This document shows, one piece after another, positions 1 through 11,057 of a stretch of DNA of 64,000 bases. The first letter of the stretch is position 1. Each line of letters begins with the position of its first letter. The translations under genes and the position numbers were made by a program. Source of the stretch: Podarcis pityusensis (lineage: Eukaryota). A model generated the notes under the pieces. It had not been told where the DNA came from. It ran no database searches and was given only the letters and a program-made list of their open reading frames with translations. The DNA lies in assembly GCA_964106645.2 (NCBI GenBank), contig OZ067038.1. One strand, given 5' to 3'.

Positions 1-205
1 TCTAAATCCGGCTCGTGGACAGTCCGGGAATCAGCGTGTTTTTACATGAGTAGCATGTGTCCTTTTATTTAAAATGCATCTCTGGGTTATTTGTGGGGCA
101 TAGGAATTCGTTCATTCCCCCCGCCCCAAAATATAGTCCGGCCCCCCACAAGGTCTGAGGGACAGTGGACCGCCCCACCCTGCTGAAAAAGTTTGCTGAC
201 CCCTG
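1..205. mobile_element. hAT (Charlie-like) non-autonomous DNA transposon, right part; truncated by the window edge
   Basis: Ends in AAAAAGTTTGCTGACCCCTG, the reverse complement of a CAGGGGTCAGCAAACT hAT-type TIR. The internal GGTCTGAGGGACAGTGGAC motif is recognised from squamate hAT MITEs. Confidence 0.7.
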
Positions 206-685
206 GTTTAGCACTATGCTGGGATGGGATTAGGAAGCTGCTTTAAATGGGACCAGAGTGTTTGTCCACCTACTACAGTACTGTCTATTAAAATGACTAG
301 CAGTTGCTCTCCAAGGTAGGTACTCTACAAAAGCTGTGGCTCCTCCCTGCTTTTGAGATTGGCAGAATTCTCAAAAGCTTCCCTGGATTATATTCTCCTC
401 TTGCCAGGAATGAAGATTCCTCCAGCCCACAGCCCTCCTCCAATAGCTCAAGAAAATGGAATTCAGACAGCAGGTTCCAGCTGCAGTGTTAGATATGGCA
501 ATCATGGGGTAGTCTTTACTTCCACTTAATGCAAGCTGGCATTGCCCTATAAACAAAAATAATGCCCCAAAATAGAGGAATTATGCAGAACTGGTGGATT
601 TTGCATCTAAAGTCCTATTATTTATGTTGTCCAAGTCCTCCTCAATTGATAGAACTAGAACTAGGATATAACTAGGATGACTCAC

Positions 686-799
686 CTATACAGAGGGTGA
701 GGTAGAGCAGTCCCATTCTGATGTCAAGGCGGAAAAAAAGGATGACGTTGGCTACTTTGCTGAACATGAAGATGTTTCCCACATGCTGGTCCACAGTAA
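686..799 (-). CDS. TMX2: TMX2 coding exon 3 (114 nt): (I)[37 protein letters not shown]; gene continues beyond the left edge
   Basis: AAG acceptor after a CT-rich tract, GTGAGT donor, phase consistent with exon 2, recognisable TMX2 peptide. Confidence 0.93.
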
Positions 800-1635
800 C
801 TTGAGAGAGAGAAAGAGGCACATTCTTATGGCTGATATTATCTGTATCACTGCTAGGCCCAGTAACAAGCTGGAATTTTGACTGAAGCTTAACTTTTAAA
901 AAATTTGTGGAAGCTTTCTGTGCAAGACAGATTACATATTTAGAATGCCTTTTGATAGATACACACACACGGTGTAGTTTTCAAGGTATGTGGGAGTTTC
1001 TCGTCAAACGAGTGCTGTCCTAGGCTAACATTGTACAGTTTTGTATTTTACAGCACTTGCTGTAGCTTTCTACATTTGCCTACAGGTCATTCCTGCTTCC
1101 CATATCATTTCAAGCTAAACCCCACATTCTGCATATCCTTTCATCTTAGGCAGTCACTGTTCTCTGCTATATTCTTATCACCTCCATGTTGACCTTCACT
1201 TAATCTCACCCATAATACACCAAGTCTTGGCACATGGAAGCTTTGCCCCGCTGGCCTCCATATCTTTGTATTATGGAACAGAAAACAAAAGAAATAGACA
1301 GGTCACCTTCTGAAGCCACTCCTACAGCAGGAATGCACAGGGACAATGCACCGATTGTGGCAGAGGAACAAGGGCCTAGCAGCAGCCATTCATCTTAAAA
1401 CTTTTCAAATCATTTAGGTGCTTTCTGTTTCTGTGTGAATTTTTGACACAACCTCATCCCACTTACACCCCATTCTGTACCAGCTATTTGTTCAAAATAT
1501 ACTGACTGGACCATATTGATTTTAAAGAAAATAAGATTTCGATAAAGGTTAAAGCCAGCTGTGAAATCTTTGTTTTCTGAATCATTTGTAAGCTTTACTC
1601 CAAAAAGAGAGAGATAAAGAACAAGCATTACTTAC

Positions 1636-1696
1636 TGGATCTGCGGTTCTTCATCATCACAATGGCACTGAGGAACATAAGAATCTCCACCTCGCG
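1636..1696 (-). CDS. TMX2: TMX2 coding exon 2 (61 nt): REVEILMFLSAIVMMKNRRS
   Basis: TTTTTAG acceptor, GTAAGT donor, peptide matches TMX2. Missed by the ORF track. Confidence 0.95.
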
Positions 1697-2382
1697 CTAA
1701 AAAGAAAGATGGCAGTAAGTGGTTGTACAAGCAGTGGGGAAAAGGGACCAGCTGGCCTGTCCTTAGAGCAGATGTCACATTTATCCATCATCTAGCTAGC
1801 CATACTGCCAGTTCCAAAGGAAGCTTACAGTTGCTTGGAAGTTTCAGGACCACAAACCAAGCAGGTGCACAATGAAATAAAACTAGAGCTAACTTTTATG
1901 TGACGGCATATGCAAGGATCACTCTTATTTTGTACATTTAGTAAATTGTGCAAGTGCTCTATGTTACTTTTTTCTTGTTACATGAAAAACAAATTATGCA
2001 GTTAACTACCTCCACGTAAAGGATGATTTGCAATGAAAATATTTTTTCACTAAAACAGCTAGTGCAATCTTGCATAAACATCCTGCTCAAATGTTAAAGT
2101 GTTTTATGAGGCAAATACAAAAAGAATAGCCATGATATCTTGTTGCAGCAAAACCAAACAATTTTTGTGGCCCTTTACACAACAAAATACAGTGTGGTAC
2201 ATCTGAAAAACTAGTGTCTAGCACAATATATCACTGTTGTAGACTTAAGATACCACAATAAAAAAATGTTTTTGCTTTATGTGCAGGGCAATTTACATTA
2301 AGTGGTACATACAAACTTTAGGGCCAATTCATTAATAAAGGAATTGGTCTCAAGTACAACTGCAACCTACACATGGCGAGGT

Positions 2383-2384
<2 letters not shown>

Positions 2385-2418
<34 letters not shown>

Positions 2419-2520
2419 TTAGTTATACAATGCCCATCTAGCTGGGTTTCCTCAGACACTTTGGGCAGCTCCCACAGAATATTAAAAATAGAATCGAACA
2501 TTAAAAACTTCCCTAATCTT
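2385..2520 (-). mobile_element. L2 LINE 3' end with (AAT)n tail
   Basis: (AAT)n at 2385-2418 followed by GCCCATCTAGCTGGGTTTCC..., matching the 3' ends of the L2 copies at ~40.6 kb and ~51.7 kb. Confidence 0.7.
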
Positions 2521-3519
2521 GCCTAAACTTCCCTAATCCTCTCAGCCTGTTGCTTACCTGTTACAGAACCACCTACGGTCATGCCCACAGAATTACACAA
2601 CCAGAGATGACCCAATTAATACTTTACTCCAACCCATATGATTAAAACATGTATCACATCTAAAGAATTCAAAAGCTGTCTGTCTAAATGTCTTTTTAAG
2701 ACTGCCCATACACCAGATCCCACAACTAAACTAGTTTTGTGATCACTACATTCTCCTACGTGATCAATTCTTATGGGCAGGAAACCCCACAGTGTGACAT
2801 GAGAACAAGTGCTATGGGTTACCACACTCAAAGCAGCTTCTTTTGAGGTTTGGACTAGAGATATGAAAGAAGATGCAACAGGAAAGGAATTTTGACTTAT
2901 TGATTTGCTGAGTTGCTATGCACACATGTGCCTTACAACAGAAGGAGAGCACAAAATGAAATGGAAGTTTTCTGGCAGAGTTGCCAGGCATGAAAAAACT
3001 ATCATAAGATGTTGAGAATTCAGAGACACCTTTATGAGCTCTTTTGAACTTTTGTGTGCAGTTCAGTGCAAGCACAGGAGCCATTTGAGGAAAGGGCAGA
3101 AAATGGTAAGCAATAGTAAGAGGAAGAAGCAGAGGAAGAATGCGAGTGGGAACCACTTTGAATTTACTATCTAACCAGGGGCTGTTTGTAATTCAAACAA
3201 ACACTCTGGTGGTATTATAAGCATTGAGATTTGAACAGTACAGCCAGACAAATACCAGCATATTGGGAAGCGGAGAACAGAGCAGGCCTCCACTACTTTA
3301 AAGGGAGGTTAAGTGTGAAAGTCGGCAGATATTCCTGGAGGTCACTCCCATCAGAGGTTGGAAAGAAATTCACCTCTATTGGGGTCCTCTCCTGAGGTGG
3401 AGGAGCTTATTACATTAAACACAAACTATTATCATGTCTTGCCTTTGTGCACGTCATTCTGACAACAATTAAAACAACTGGGACCTTACGAGTGTAGGAT
3501 GGGTGATTAATAAAATACT

Positions 3520-3778
3520 AAACAGCAGCTAGTCTGCAGCCCTTCAGATCGGGTTGGACTCTTAACTTCCACCAACCCCAAATAGCATGCCCAGTAACCA
3601 AAGAGGGTGGGAACTGAGGCCCAACAATTGGGGTGGGTATTGGGTTGGTTTTTTTATTATATATTTTGTGGTTTTCTATTTTGATTTTGTTCTGTGAACC
3701 GCCCTGAGACCTCCGAGTACAGGGCGGTATATAAATTCAATAAATAAAGAAACAATATCTGGAGGGCCGCAAGTTAGT
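3520..3778. mobile_element. Palindromic hAT-type MITE interrupted by a short LINE (L2-like) 3' end at 3629-3750
   Basis: MITE halves CAGCCCTTCAGAT... and ...ATCTGGAGGGCCGCAAGTT. The insert TGTGAACCGCCCTGAGACC...GGGCGGTATATAAATTCAATAAATAAA is flanked by AACAAT at 3623-3628 and 3751-3756. Confidence 0.6.
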
Positions 3779-4068
3779 CACCCTTCACTAGTACATGGCG
3801 AACCAGCCATCAAAACAACAAGAGCGCTATCAGTTGATGGCGCCGAAGAAGAAAAGAAAGTAAAAAAGAAAGAAAGAAAAAGAAAATCTTTTTCCTTCCA
3901 GTCGGAGAGTCGAGAGTCTCCGGGACGAGGATGCCAAACGACAGATCTCGACTTCTTTGGGCAAAGGGGAGAAACGTTCCCTTCCCAGCAGTTGGCCGGA
4001 TGAGCCCCATAGAGGCAAGAGGGCGTGAGGGGGGCGCCGGTCAGAAGGGGCTCCGGGCAAGGCCTCAC

Positions 4069-4257
4069 CCAGTCGAAGTCACAGGGGTTGCCGTCCTCGC
4101 GCTGGGTGGGCAGCCCGTGGCATAACGGCGGCACCTTCCGCACCAGCAGGAAGGCAGCCGAGAGCAGAAGCGACAGCGGGTAGTAGGGCTGCGCCAGCCA
4201 CCGGCAGATCCCAGGCACGGAGTAGATCAGGGCCAGCAGCGGAGCAAGCACCGCCAT
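4069..4257 (-). CDS. TMX2: TMX2 coding exon 1 (189 nt): [26 protein letters not shown]...[11 protein letters not shown]; thioredoxin-related transmembrane protein 2
   Basis: ATG at 4257 in AAGATGG context, GTGAGG donor at 4068, recognisable TMX2 N-terminus. Confidence 0.96.
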
Positions 4258-4655
4258 CTTCACCTCACCCTGACCGAGCCCCCGCGCCGACAGCTTCTAG
4301 CGCCTGCCGGCGGCGCACGCTCGGGCTCTCTGGCCAATGCCTACGCCAATCAACGGAAAGGCGGAGCTTAGAGCAACACCGCGCACTATCATTGGCCGAC
4401 TTCAGAATCGCTGGGATGGATTCGGAATACAAACTAGGGGGCCTCTCGACGCATGCTGTCGACGTCATGCCGCCATCTAAAAATACGTCACGAGAAAGCA
4501 GAGGGCCGTCCAATCGGAACGCGGCCCAGTTTCCAGGTTAGTTGGCCAATCATACGTAAGAGGAGGGTTCACCGCCCTCCAATGAAAACAAGGCGAGCCG
4601 AGGGGACAGCCAAGATGCGAAGCCAATGGGAGGAGATTGCGCGGGGCACGCCGGG

Positions 4656-4848
4656 ATGATGGAGAATTTCTCCGCTCTCTTCGGAGGGACGGAACCGCCT
4701 CCGCCTACCACAGCCGCCGCGCTGGGCTTTGGACCAGGGAAACCCGGAGGACCGGGGACTGGGCCACCTCCCGTCCCTGCCGTGACCCCCGTCGGAGAGA
4801 AAGCGGCGGCCGCCAGCGGCCCCTTCTACCTAATGCGCGAGTTACCAG
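4656..4848 (+). CDS. MED19: MED19 exon 1 coding part: MMENFSALFGGTEPPPP...GPFYLMRELP; start at 4656 or 4659
   Basis: Matches the Mediator subunit 19 N-terminus; CAG|GTAAGT donor at 4849. Confidence 0.93.
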
Positions 4849-6000
4849 GTAAGTGGCTGTAGGAGGGGGCGGGCTTCGGGGGCGACTCAGCCTACCGGAA
4901 TGCAGAGGCGGGCCTTGCATCCTTGGCCAATGCCAACGAGGCGCCGCGGGGGAATGGCCCAATAGAGATACGCGGCTGCGTCTTGATGGGCACTCCTCCC
5001 TGTTCCTGTGGGAACTTAGACCCAACAGGCGAAGCTGACGACTTCGCGGAAGCGCAGGTAGTGGTGAGATTTCGATTGGCAGCTACTGGGGGCCAATGAG
5101 GTGCCGGATCAAAACAGGGAGGCGGAGTCATGCGGTGCATCCGCATTTGGCGCTGCCGAGGCGGAAGCCGCTGAAGTTCATTATTAACTTCATGGCAAGC
5201 CCCTGTTTGCCTTTTCTGCTTTAATAAGATGCTTTCTGTAATAATCTATATGGAAGGTCCGTCTGAAAAGCACTGTCTAAACACCATAAGCAAATAGGGC
5301 CCAGTGAACATGTAACAACACTATGCCAAAACCTGGCTTAGCACACGAGAGCAAGCATTCCCAGAGCAAAGTCTGTGGCTGTTGCACTATCATGGTTTGG
5401 CTCAGCACTGCATGCCAACTCGGGGGTCATGGTTGTCTCCCCCAAACTATGAGTGATCAACAACAAACAGCTCATGGCTTGTCGGGAGATACAGAACATG
5501 AGCCCAGTTTGGATGTCATGCATAGCCAAACTTGACCTTGAGTATGCATCAGCAGGACTCGGGAAGAAGCACAGCAACCATGATTTGTGTGAAGCCGTGA
5601 TTTGGCTTAGTGTTGTGTGCAAACTATTGCTTTGTTATTAGGTGAGGGTCCTACAAACCATTACCTTGAAGCAACCTCCCATGGCATAAGTGGGACTTAA
5701 TTTCAAGTATACATGAATAGGACTTTGGGGATTTTCTTCCCAGGATGCCTCAGCCTATCAAGAAGAGAAGTACATTTTCAGAAAGCAGAGCAAAGCTTTT
5801 TCTTGATCTGGCTTCACCAAAAGCATTTTGGGTGTATGAGGCTGGACATGTCCTCTTGTCATCTCAACAAAGAAGTCACTTTCAGGTGCAAGTAGTGTCG
5901 TATTTGAAGGATTTGCTTGCCAGATTCTATCTGCCTTTGTCCTGTTAATCCCAACAAGCCAAACATAGGCAGTATTGTTATGTCCTTTGTTCTTTGCCAG

Positions 6001-6257
6001 GTACTACAGAACTAACAGGGAGCACAAACCTGATCACCCACTACAACCTGGAGCATGCCTACAACAAATTTTGTGGTAAAAAGGTGAAGGAGAAGCTCAG
6101 CAACTTCCTGCCAGACCTACCAGGGATGATAGATTTGCCAGGTTCACATGACAACAGCAGCCTGCGTTCTCTCATTGAGAAGCCTCCCATCTGCAGCAGT
6201 TCATTCAACCCTATCACCGGTACCATGCTAACAGGCTTTCGTCTCCATGCAGGCCCG
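6001..6257 (+). CDS. MED19: MED19 exon 2 (257 nt): (G)TTELTGSTNLITHYNLEHAYNKFCGKKVKEKLSNFLPDLPGMIDLPG...RLHAGP
   Basis: TCTTTGCCAG acceptor, GTAAGT donor, conserved Med19 domain. Confidence 0.97.
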
Positions 6258-6505
6258 GTAAGTTAGAGATGGGGGCTGCAAGGGAAGAAGGAAATATTGA
6301 CTGTCGGTGGGAAAATGACCTGAATGACAAAAAAAATATGCCAGAGTTGGAAATGGATGTTAGGGTGCACTGGAGAATATGAATACTGGGAGAAACTTCT
6401 AAGAGTCCAGCAAAATGGGATCCATCTCCCTTGATGGAATAGGCAGTAGTAGGTAGGCTGAAGTTAGGGAGGGATCCCAGGCAGGAGGAGTCACAAAGAA
6501 AAGTA

Positions 6506-6750
6506 CAGTGGAACCTCGGGTTATGTACCGCCCTCCTTATGAACGCTTCGGATTACGAGCTCCGCTAACCCAGAAGTAGGTGTTCTGGGTAGCGAACTTT
6601 GCCCTGGGATGCGAGTGGAAGTTGCGTGGCGGCAATGGTGCGTTAGCAGCGGGAGACTCCATTAGCAAAAGCGCACCTTGGGTTAAGAATGGTTTTGGGT
6701 TAAGAACGGACCTCCGGAACGAATTAAGTTTGTAAACGGAGGTACCACTG
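6506..6750. mobile_element. Tc1/mariner (Tigger/pogo-like) MITE in MED19 intron 2
   Basis: TA|CAGTGGAACCTC ... GAGGTACCACTG|TA termini; an inverted copy of the same family lies at 56397-56626. Confidence 0.85.
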
Positions 6751-7085
6751 TACTGCCAAATTTAGTGCTCTCTTTTGCAGAGCAGGTATGAAGAGGAAGG
6801 TTGACTCATATGTGAATTCCAGAGTAATGCTTTAGCCATATTCTGTGGAGATTGCCAAGGAGTCTAGGGAGCTCCGAGCTCATAACAGACCCAAGTACTA
6901 AGCTTAGTGAACATAGTAGAAACTTTTCTTGCAAGTTTTGATGGGGGATAACGGTGGGACCAGGTTACCAAAGAGACAAGCAACCCCCTCCCTGCAAATG
7001 ATTGCACCTGTGGTTATTTACTGGAACAACAGATGCGGTATTCAGTGGACTGACATGCTCTTTTGTTTCTTTTGCACTGCTTCAG

Positions 7086-7182
7086 CTGCCAGAGCAGTGT
7101 CGCTTAATGCACATCCAACCACCTAAGAAAAAAAACAAGCACAAACACAAGCAGAGTCGTACGCAGGATCCTGTCCCTCCAG
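7086..7182 (+). CDS. MED19: MED19 exon 3 (97 nt): LPEQCRLMHIQPPKKKNKHKHKQSRTQDPVPP
   Basis: TTCAG acceptor, GTAAGA donor, phase consistent. Confidence 0.96.
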
Positions 7183-7339
7183 GTAAGAAGCTTCCTCCTT
7201 GGGTCCTGTGGTTCCATTTACCCTCACCAACCCCTGCCCTTCCTTTCCAATTTAGCATTCCACAGTCTAGCGGCCTAAGCTACCGCAATTCCTGCTTTGT
7301 CCAAAGTTCCTGCTTCAGTTCCTTTTCTCTTTTTGGTAG

Positions 7340-7434
7340 AAACTCCTTCAGATTCTGACCACAAGAAGAAAAAGAAGAAGAAAGAGGATGACCCTGAGCG
7401 GAAAAGAAAGAAGAAGGAGAAGAAGAAAAAGAAA
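7340..7434 (+). CDS. MED19: MED19 exon 4 (95 nt): (E)TPSDSDHKKKKKKKEDDPERKRKKKEKKKKK
   Basis: Polypyrimidine tract with TAG acceptor, GTAAGT donor, Lys-rich MED19 segment. Confidence 0.95.
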
Positions 7435-7589
7435 GTAAGTTGGGAAGAATGCTTCTACCAGCTCAAGTAATTGTACCCTCAGGTGCCAGAGAACTGACTG
7501 AGATGTGGGGTCTTTTCTCCTGGCCTTTCATTATTGTTGAGAACTTTCATTCTCATTCTTGCATGTGTGTCCATTTTATTTTTCCTTAG

Positions 7590-7658
7590 AATCGGCATAG
7601 CCCTGAACACCCTGGTGTGGGCAGCTCTCAGGCCAGCAGCAGCAGCAGCCTCCGGTAA
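7590..7658 (+). CDS. MED19: MED19 exon 5 coding part: NRHSPEHPGVGSSQASSSSSLR-stop
   Basis: TTTCCTTAG acceptor, TAA at 7656-7658. Total CDS is 711 nt. Confidence 0.95.
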   Translation, partial: NRHSPEHPGVGSSQASSSSSLR

Positions 7659-8427
7659 AGTCCTGCCATGGAGTTATCTTGGAAGGTGCTACAGCTTTGA
7701 CAAGAAAAGGAGGAACAGCAATAATGGGGGAGTCACCACAGACTCATATACTTCCCCTGCTTCCCCTTCGCCCCTACTGAGTGGAACTTCTGGGACTCCA
7801 TTGATCTCTCTATAAGGAACATAGACTTTGCCTGCGACACAATGCAGACTGGTGTCTTTATATGGGAGCCCTGCCTACTCGGGGAGGGTTTTTTTTTCTT
7901 CTTCCTTTCCTTTTTACAGAATGTTCCTGACTAAGTTGGGATGTGTCTGCCTCGTGATTTAGTTAAACCTTTGTTGGAGCACTTGGGAGGGTCTGGAACC
8001 TCCTCTCGTATCATGGGCTTGGAAACTGCACTGTGAATAGATAGGGAGAAACTCTAGAAGTGCTTTCTTTTGTAAAGTGTGGCCCAAGGCTAGTGGGTGA
8101 GTTAGTTGCCTAAGTAGAAAGAGCTAATGTGATCAGGCTTTTTCTAAATAGGAAAATGGGAGAAACTGCAGAACTGTGAGGTGGGAGTAAAGAGAAAAGG
8201 TTGGTTTTACCTTCCCGGAGTTGATCCATGCTGATAAGTAGGCCTGCTTTAGTATCATCAGCTAGAGAGTTAAGTCGAAAGCATTGACCAAATTTCTTTT
8301 AACTGTGGAAGCATGTAAGTCAAGAAGCTATACTGTGAATCCAAGGACAGAACTGTGTATATGGTGATATTTTCCCCTAAGGGCTCACTTACCAGGTAAA
8401 GGCTTCTCTACATGTAATCCCTTTAAA

Positions 8428-8433
8428 AATAAA
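8428..8433 (+). terminator. Candidate MED19 polyadenylation signal (alternatives at 9225 and 9760)
   Basis: First AATAAA I found after the stop codon; the downstream GU-rich element is weak. Confidence 0.35.
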
Positions 8434-9519
8434 ACTTGAAAACAAAAAAAGCTGACATCATTTAAATATTTGCCAGCAGAAGGGAGAAAGTGGAATCTTC
8501 AGCAACAGACTTCAGCTGTGAACAGATGGAAGCCTCTTTCAGGAACCTGGACAAATAGAAACCATTGTTTTCTTCTATCCTATTCTTCTGATTTTTTCTG
8601 AATTACTACCTCAGCAGAGCACCCTGGCAGAAATGGTTCCTTAAACTGTCAGCTGGTCATCTTGCTGGCTAGTCTGTCCCACGTTTAAAGACAAAGATGG
8701 TGATGAATCTGCCCCTATCTACTGCACCAAAATTCCTTGGAGTGACAAGAGGAACATGCTTGGAAATAGCCTGCCATCTTAACTGCTTCTTCTTTCCTAT
8801 AGGAAGGGGAATTTCATCCACAGTAAAAACATCTCTTTCCTGAGCTTAAGGATCAGAATGAGGTTGGAACTGCACTTTGATCAAGAGTGCCTCTTAGGGA
8901 CAAACTGGACATGAGAATGTCAGGACCCTGATTGGAGTTCCTGAAACTTCTTAAAATCAGATTCCCCCAATATAAATTTTCTGCCTCAAGGGGTAAATGT
9001 GGGTCCCACCCCCAGTGAATAAGCTGCTCCAGAGAGACTGTTTTTATCATGGAAACAGCTAACACCCTCAGTGCTGTGGATCCAATCCAAACCTCCCACC
9101 TGCCAATTTTAATGAAATCAAAAAAAAGTTGAGAAATCCCTGCATAGATCGCCTTATCAGTCCTTTCACAGAGATGATAGATGCCAGTTGGAAATGAAAT
9201 GCAGATGCTCTGGCTGACAGTATTAATAAATTGCTTTCTAGTGATATGCTCCATACTGCTTGTCTCTTATGCTGGTCTACTTGCACAGGAAGGCTTGCTT
9301 AATGTCCAAGGACTCCTATGAAGTAGGAGTTTGTGCAGACTTCATGTTGCTCCATGGGGGAGCTTGCTTTACCAGTGCTTTTTTGTAGAAAAGTATAGAT
9401 TTTTTGGTAAAGTAGGCCTGGTTATGCATTCAGATACATAGGTCTTTCGCCGATTACAGCAAGATGCAGTGATTCAGTTGATAAGGTGGAAAGTGGAAAT
9501 CATGAAAATCTACTCGTCT

Positions 9520-9695
9520 CATTTATTTGTTTGTGTCCTACCTTCCCTCTAAGAAGCTCAAGACAGCATACATACTTTCTGCCCTCCCTACTCCACTTTA
9601 TCCTGTAGGCTAGGGCTGAGTGTGACTGGCCTAAGAACGCCCAGTGAGTTTTTGGTTCCCCTACTATGACACCATAATCATTACGCTACACTGCC
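9520..9695 (-). mobile_element. Degraded tRNA-derived SINE (Squam3/MIR-like)
   Basis: Similar to 44704-44917: GTAGGCTAGGGCTGAGTGTGACTGGCCTAAG...CCAGTGAG. Confidence 0.5.
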
Positions 9696-10716
9696 TGGGT
9701 ACCAAAGGAAGGAGAGTTGGGTTCTCCACCTGTATATCCTCCTCCTGATATACCAGGCTAATAAATATTAAAAGAGAGAAGGGTGGTTGGACAGACAGTT
9801 AAATTGTTTCTTTTATTCTCTTCCCCTTACATCTTGAAGACATTTGTAACCAAAATTATTAGGTCCTGGATCTATTTTCAGTACACTCCCGTTGCTGCCC
9901 CTGAACAATCTGACTGCCATTTCCTTTGCTCTCAGTACTTTCAGAAGAACAGTATGAGCTGTTTATTCCATCACCATCCTCTTCTCACTTTTGCTACAGA
10001 GAGCAAAACTGAGCTGAGGCAGTAAATGGGGATCATATAATAATGCTTTGCTTGCTGCTCTTCCATGTGCTTACAAAAGAAAGCTGATGATAATAAAGGG
10101 AAAGGATGAAAGTCTACTCCACTCCCAACTCCTCTCTACCCCCAATTATCCCATGCATCTAAATTAAAAGCCATTGCTAGTAGGAAAGGTGGGGCAAAAC
10201 TGGCTAGTCCTGTTCCTCTAAGTAACTGGTGATTTCTGCATCCTGAAGAACAAGTAAGGAATACTTTCTGTTCCCAACCCAGAACCATCAGAAAAATACT
10301 GTCATCTCCTCTGCAGCCCTGGGGATATGTTTCAGGGAAGAGAAACATGCCTTCAGCCTACCCGCCCCCCCCCCGAATGTTACAGAACTTCAACACCCAT
10401 TGGCCATTTTCGCTGGAGCTGATGGGCATTGTAGTTCAAGAACATCTGGAGGACCAAAGATTCCCCACCCCAGATCATCCTATGTGTCAGGTGGGTGTTC
10501 CCATGCAAGTAGCTCCACAGGCAGCATTTTAGTATTGAGAAAAAAAATCCAAGCTGAACTGGGCAGCATCAATGGGAATTGTGGAAGGTAACAGAAACTG
10601 GTGTGAACAATCTGCTTCTATATTCTTTAGAACAACGTAAATAGGCAGCACAGGAGTACACACCTGAGAGGAACAAAGTCATGTCAGCCGCAAGACGATA
10701 CAAGTAGGACTAACCA

Positions 10717-10909
10717 TAGGGTTGCCACTATTTCAAACAGTGAAAATCCAGATTGAAAAATTGTTGAGCTTTTTTTAGTTTTAAGGGAAAATGTGCACTG
10801 CCAACATGGGCTGCCATATGTTTGGATTTTCCTGGACATTTGGCCATTTTCTGCTGGAAAATGCGGTATTCCGGTATGTCTGGGAAATTCTGGACGTATG
10901 GCAATCCTA
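10717..10909. mobile_element. hAT-like MITE
   Basis: TAGGGTTGCCA ... TGGCAATCCTA terminal inverted repeats; TSD degenerate. Confidence 0.6.
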
Positions 10910-11057
10910 CCAACCCCCAAAGCATTGCACAGGAACAGTTTTGAAATGAGACAACACCCATCAACTACTAGTAGCACCAGGAAGGTGTGCAATATTTCTT
11001 TGTACATAGAAATGCATCACACCAATAATGCGTAAATCATACATTAACAAAAAAGGA

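Larger units (their letters stand above)
3900..5170. promoter_or_regulatory. CpG island and bidirectional TMX2/MED19 promoter
   Basis: High CpG density; divergent ATGs at 4257 (-) and 4656 (+); 7 CCAAT/ATTGG boxes between them; YY1-type CGCCATCT at 4252 and 4471; CRE-like GACGTCA at 4461. Confidence 0.85.

Noticed and set aside
3778-4263. 161-aa ORF as a complete protein
   Set aside because: Only 4257-4069 is TMX2 exon 1. The GTG start is an ORF-finder artefact and the rest is intron read-through.
4626-4655. In-frame upstream ATG extending MED19 by 10 aa
   Set aside because: It overlaps a CCAAT box, probably lies at or upstream of the TSS, and does not match the known MENF start.
8853-9254. 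133-aa ATG ORF downstream of MED19
   Set aside because: No recognisable homology, motifs or splice structure; length is within the chance range for 64 kb.
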